Source: Gekko japonicus
Lineage: Eukaryota
DNA: 64,000 nt
Direction of reading: 5' to 3'
Assembly: GCF_001447785.1 (NCBI RefSeq)
Contig: NW_015159715.1
Coordinates: forward strand, 248,001-312,000
Shown: positions 61,663 to 64,000 of the stretch, in pieces
How the letters are laid out: each line of letters begins with the position of its first letter
Position numbering within the stretch: the stretch's first letter is position 1
The notes under the pieces: model-generated
Told to the model about the DNA's origin: nothing
Databases searched by the model: none
The model's input: the letters and a program-made list of their open reading frames with translations, nothing else
Program-made: the position numbers and the translations under genes

Positions 61663-62743
61663 AATCTGACCACAATTTCTCCAGGCAGGCTATTTTTTTT
61701 TAATGTAATTGGAGTAAGCCCTATAAGGCGTCTCCATCTCTTTTACCAGTTCATCCGCTGTTAAGCCTATTGCTGGAGCAATGATCTCACTAAGTATCTT
61801 CCTCAGATCCTCCTCCTCTGCCTCAGGAACTCCCTGGAATCTGAGAATCATGTTGGCTTTTTCCATCTGCAGCTGTAACAAATGGTTTTCTTGTAGATTT
61901 TGCTTTGTTTAAACTTCTCCCATTCTTTTCTTCATTTTCTTGCTTGTGGTGTCCAACTCCTTAAGTTTCCCAGCTACCTGCACCACCTTCTTCTTCGTTT
62001 CTTTCAGTTGGAGCTGCTGAGATGCAAAGTTTTTATTCATTACAGTCAAGTTGCTGGTAAATACCATCGAGTTGCTCCATCACTAGCTTGAGCATATCCG
62101 CTAGCATTTTCATGACATCTGCTCCCTATTCCGGTTTTGGGCTCTGGCTGCCAGGAGGTTTTGTTTTCAGCTTTCTTTGCACGGCAGCCATTTTTCACGA
62201 TTTGTTTACAGTTACTGACACTTCCCTCTGGCTCTAAAGATTGCTCCCACACTGTCAGCAATCAAGTAAGCCTCTCAAAACACACTCACTGTTTTTCCTC
62301 CCCCTTCCCCCTTCGTCTCGCTTATCAGTCTTTTCGCATAAGAGGCATCCCTCTTTGCGATCCGCTTTCCCACGGGGGGGGGGATAATTTGCTTTTTACA
62401 ATCGTCCACTTATTTTGAACTCACGTTCATTGTTGATCAATTTCTCTGAGCTTGCTTCCTTCAACACTGTTCCGCTCAATCTCCAGCATTTGTCCCGGGC
62501 AAACCCGCTTGTGCCCGAAGGCCATGCAGCAGCCGGACCATCATGGCGGAGGGGAGCCTCAAATTCTCCGGCTTTACACCATCGAAGAGGCTACCCCTCA
62601 AAAGCCCTCTAGCCTGGAGCCTATCCCAAAGGCTCTGTGGGGGTGCTACTTGAGGTAGCACCCCTTCAACTCGCTGGTGTGCGGATTGTTCCCCCACGGT
62701 CCTGGGAGAACGTCCGCCATCGCTGCTCCATAAGCCGGAAACC
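61663..62743 (-). mobile_element. L1 LINE 5' fragment: CpG-rich 5' UTR and decayed ORF1
   Basis: LQLQMEKANMILRFQGVPEAEEEDLRKILSEII..YR..(fs)LPGEIVVRF fits L1 ORF1 coiled-coil/RRM; 5' end ttccggc..gatggcgg. Confidence 0.8.
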
Positions 62744-62960
62744 AGGGTTGCCAACTCTTGACCTGGGGAATTCTTGGAAATGGGGGGGAGGGGATGCGTG
62801 TGGAAAGGGGGTTTGGGGGAGGGACTTCATCTAGAATCAGTGATATACCATGTGCCTGCTGAAGCTGCTATTTTCTCAAGGGGAATTGATCTCAGTAGTC
62901 TGGAGATTAGTTTTAATCCTGGGAGAACTCCAGGCCCCACCTGGAAGTTGGGAAACCCAA
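62743..62960 (-). mobile_element. TAGGGTTGCCA-family MITE
   Basis: cagggttgccaactc..ctattttctcaaggggaattgatctcagtagtctggagat..ccaggccccacctggaagttgggaaaccc. Confidence 0.85.
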
Positions 62961-64000
62961 CAGCACTCATCTCCACCCCGCCCCCAGATCGTCAAATGTT
63001 GCAAAAAGAACTTTATTGGAACAGGTTAATTAAACCACTGCCTTTGCGGCTAGAAGACTAAACTATTACGTTAAATGATTAGACCAGGTAGCTAGGTTGA
63101 GCGATGGACTCAAAGGGAGCCCTAACAATCAAGGTGGTGTCAATGGTTCTAGAGACCTGAAGAAGCTACTTCTGGCCCCTTGGGGCCTGCTGTGGCCAAG
63201 CAGTAGTGGCTGAACAATCTGACTGGGGGTGAGATGACACCATCTAAAAGTTCCCCCACCAGTACCTTGGCTGCTGCCAGAAGAGAGGTAGGACAGCTAA
63301 GATCAGAAATGGTGGCAATTCTGATGCATAGCTGGCTCACAGTGTGGCTCAAAGAGACCCGAACAAGATAGTTACAGCACAGGAAGCTCTCTGGTCTTAA
63401 ATTCATGGTGTCTGTGGCTCTTACAATGGATCTCAGGCTGTGATCAAGCTGCCCTCACTTTTGCCATTGATGTTGAATGAATCTATGATGTGATATACAG
63501 TTCAGCTACCACTTACATAATTGTGCTGATATAGAGTGCTTGACAACATTTGAAGAGTCAATTAAAGAGCATTCCAAGCTCCTGTATATATAGAAAAGTT
63601 CTGGATAACCTCTGCTCCAAATCAGTAATGTCTTTCCACAATTTTTTATATATGGTAGTTAAATTTGAATAAACTGTACTGCTGAAATCAAAGTCGGATT
63701 TATGTAGATGCTTTCAGGAGAAAAGTAACTTGATACTACAGCCCACTCCCCAATTGTTCTGAAGGATTTTTGTTGAAGCCAATGGAGTCAGTGGGTTGTG
63801 GATTACATCTTTAGCACCTGATTTAGTCCTGCTCCATATTTATGCCAGCATGGCCTCACCTGATATAGCGTCATTGTGTAATACAATGATGGGCCAGGTC
63901 CATTGGTTCTGATTTGTTTGCAAATACACAATGCTTAGAAGTTACTGAATGAGTCCCTGCAGAGTTTTAGTGAGTGAACATTCATCCCCTTTATTATTCA

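Noticed and set aside
1-64000. CRISPR arrays, operons or other prokaryotic systems
   Set aside because: Vertebrate repeat landscape; the tandem repeats are two-copy duplications without repeat-spacer structure

Overview
Eukaryotic, repeat-rich DNA from a squamate reptile, most likely a gecko. This is inferred from Sauria SINEs, BovB/RTE LINEs, a 5S-derived SINE, CR1/L2/L1/Penelope elements and abundant TAGGGTTGCCA-ended hAT-type MITEs. It is a draft assembly with three N-gaps. I recognise no intact, nameable host gene. The long ORFs that resemble known proteins are decayed retroelement ORFs (CR1, BovB, Penelope/Neptune RT-GIY-YIG, L1 ORF1, L2). Many insertions can be delimited exactly by TIRs and target-site duplications (TSDs), and several are nested. 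Main observations: (i) a tandem pair of paralogous exon-like units (1501-1612, 1682-1791) with codon-type divergence, within a tentative phase-compatible + strand exon chain for an unrecognised, possibly pseudogenising protein; (ii) several Penelope-type minimal hammerhead ribozyme motifs, one with intact stems (61475-61516); (iii) a 5'-inverted (twin-priming-like) Sauria SINE with a 13-bp TSD; (iv) locally templated insertions or duplications, one with a transposon end at the junction; (v) a probable false haplotype duplication across a gap. I do not see convincing evidence of a wholly new biological system. The unexplained exon pair and chain is the best candidate for something undescribed.
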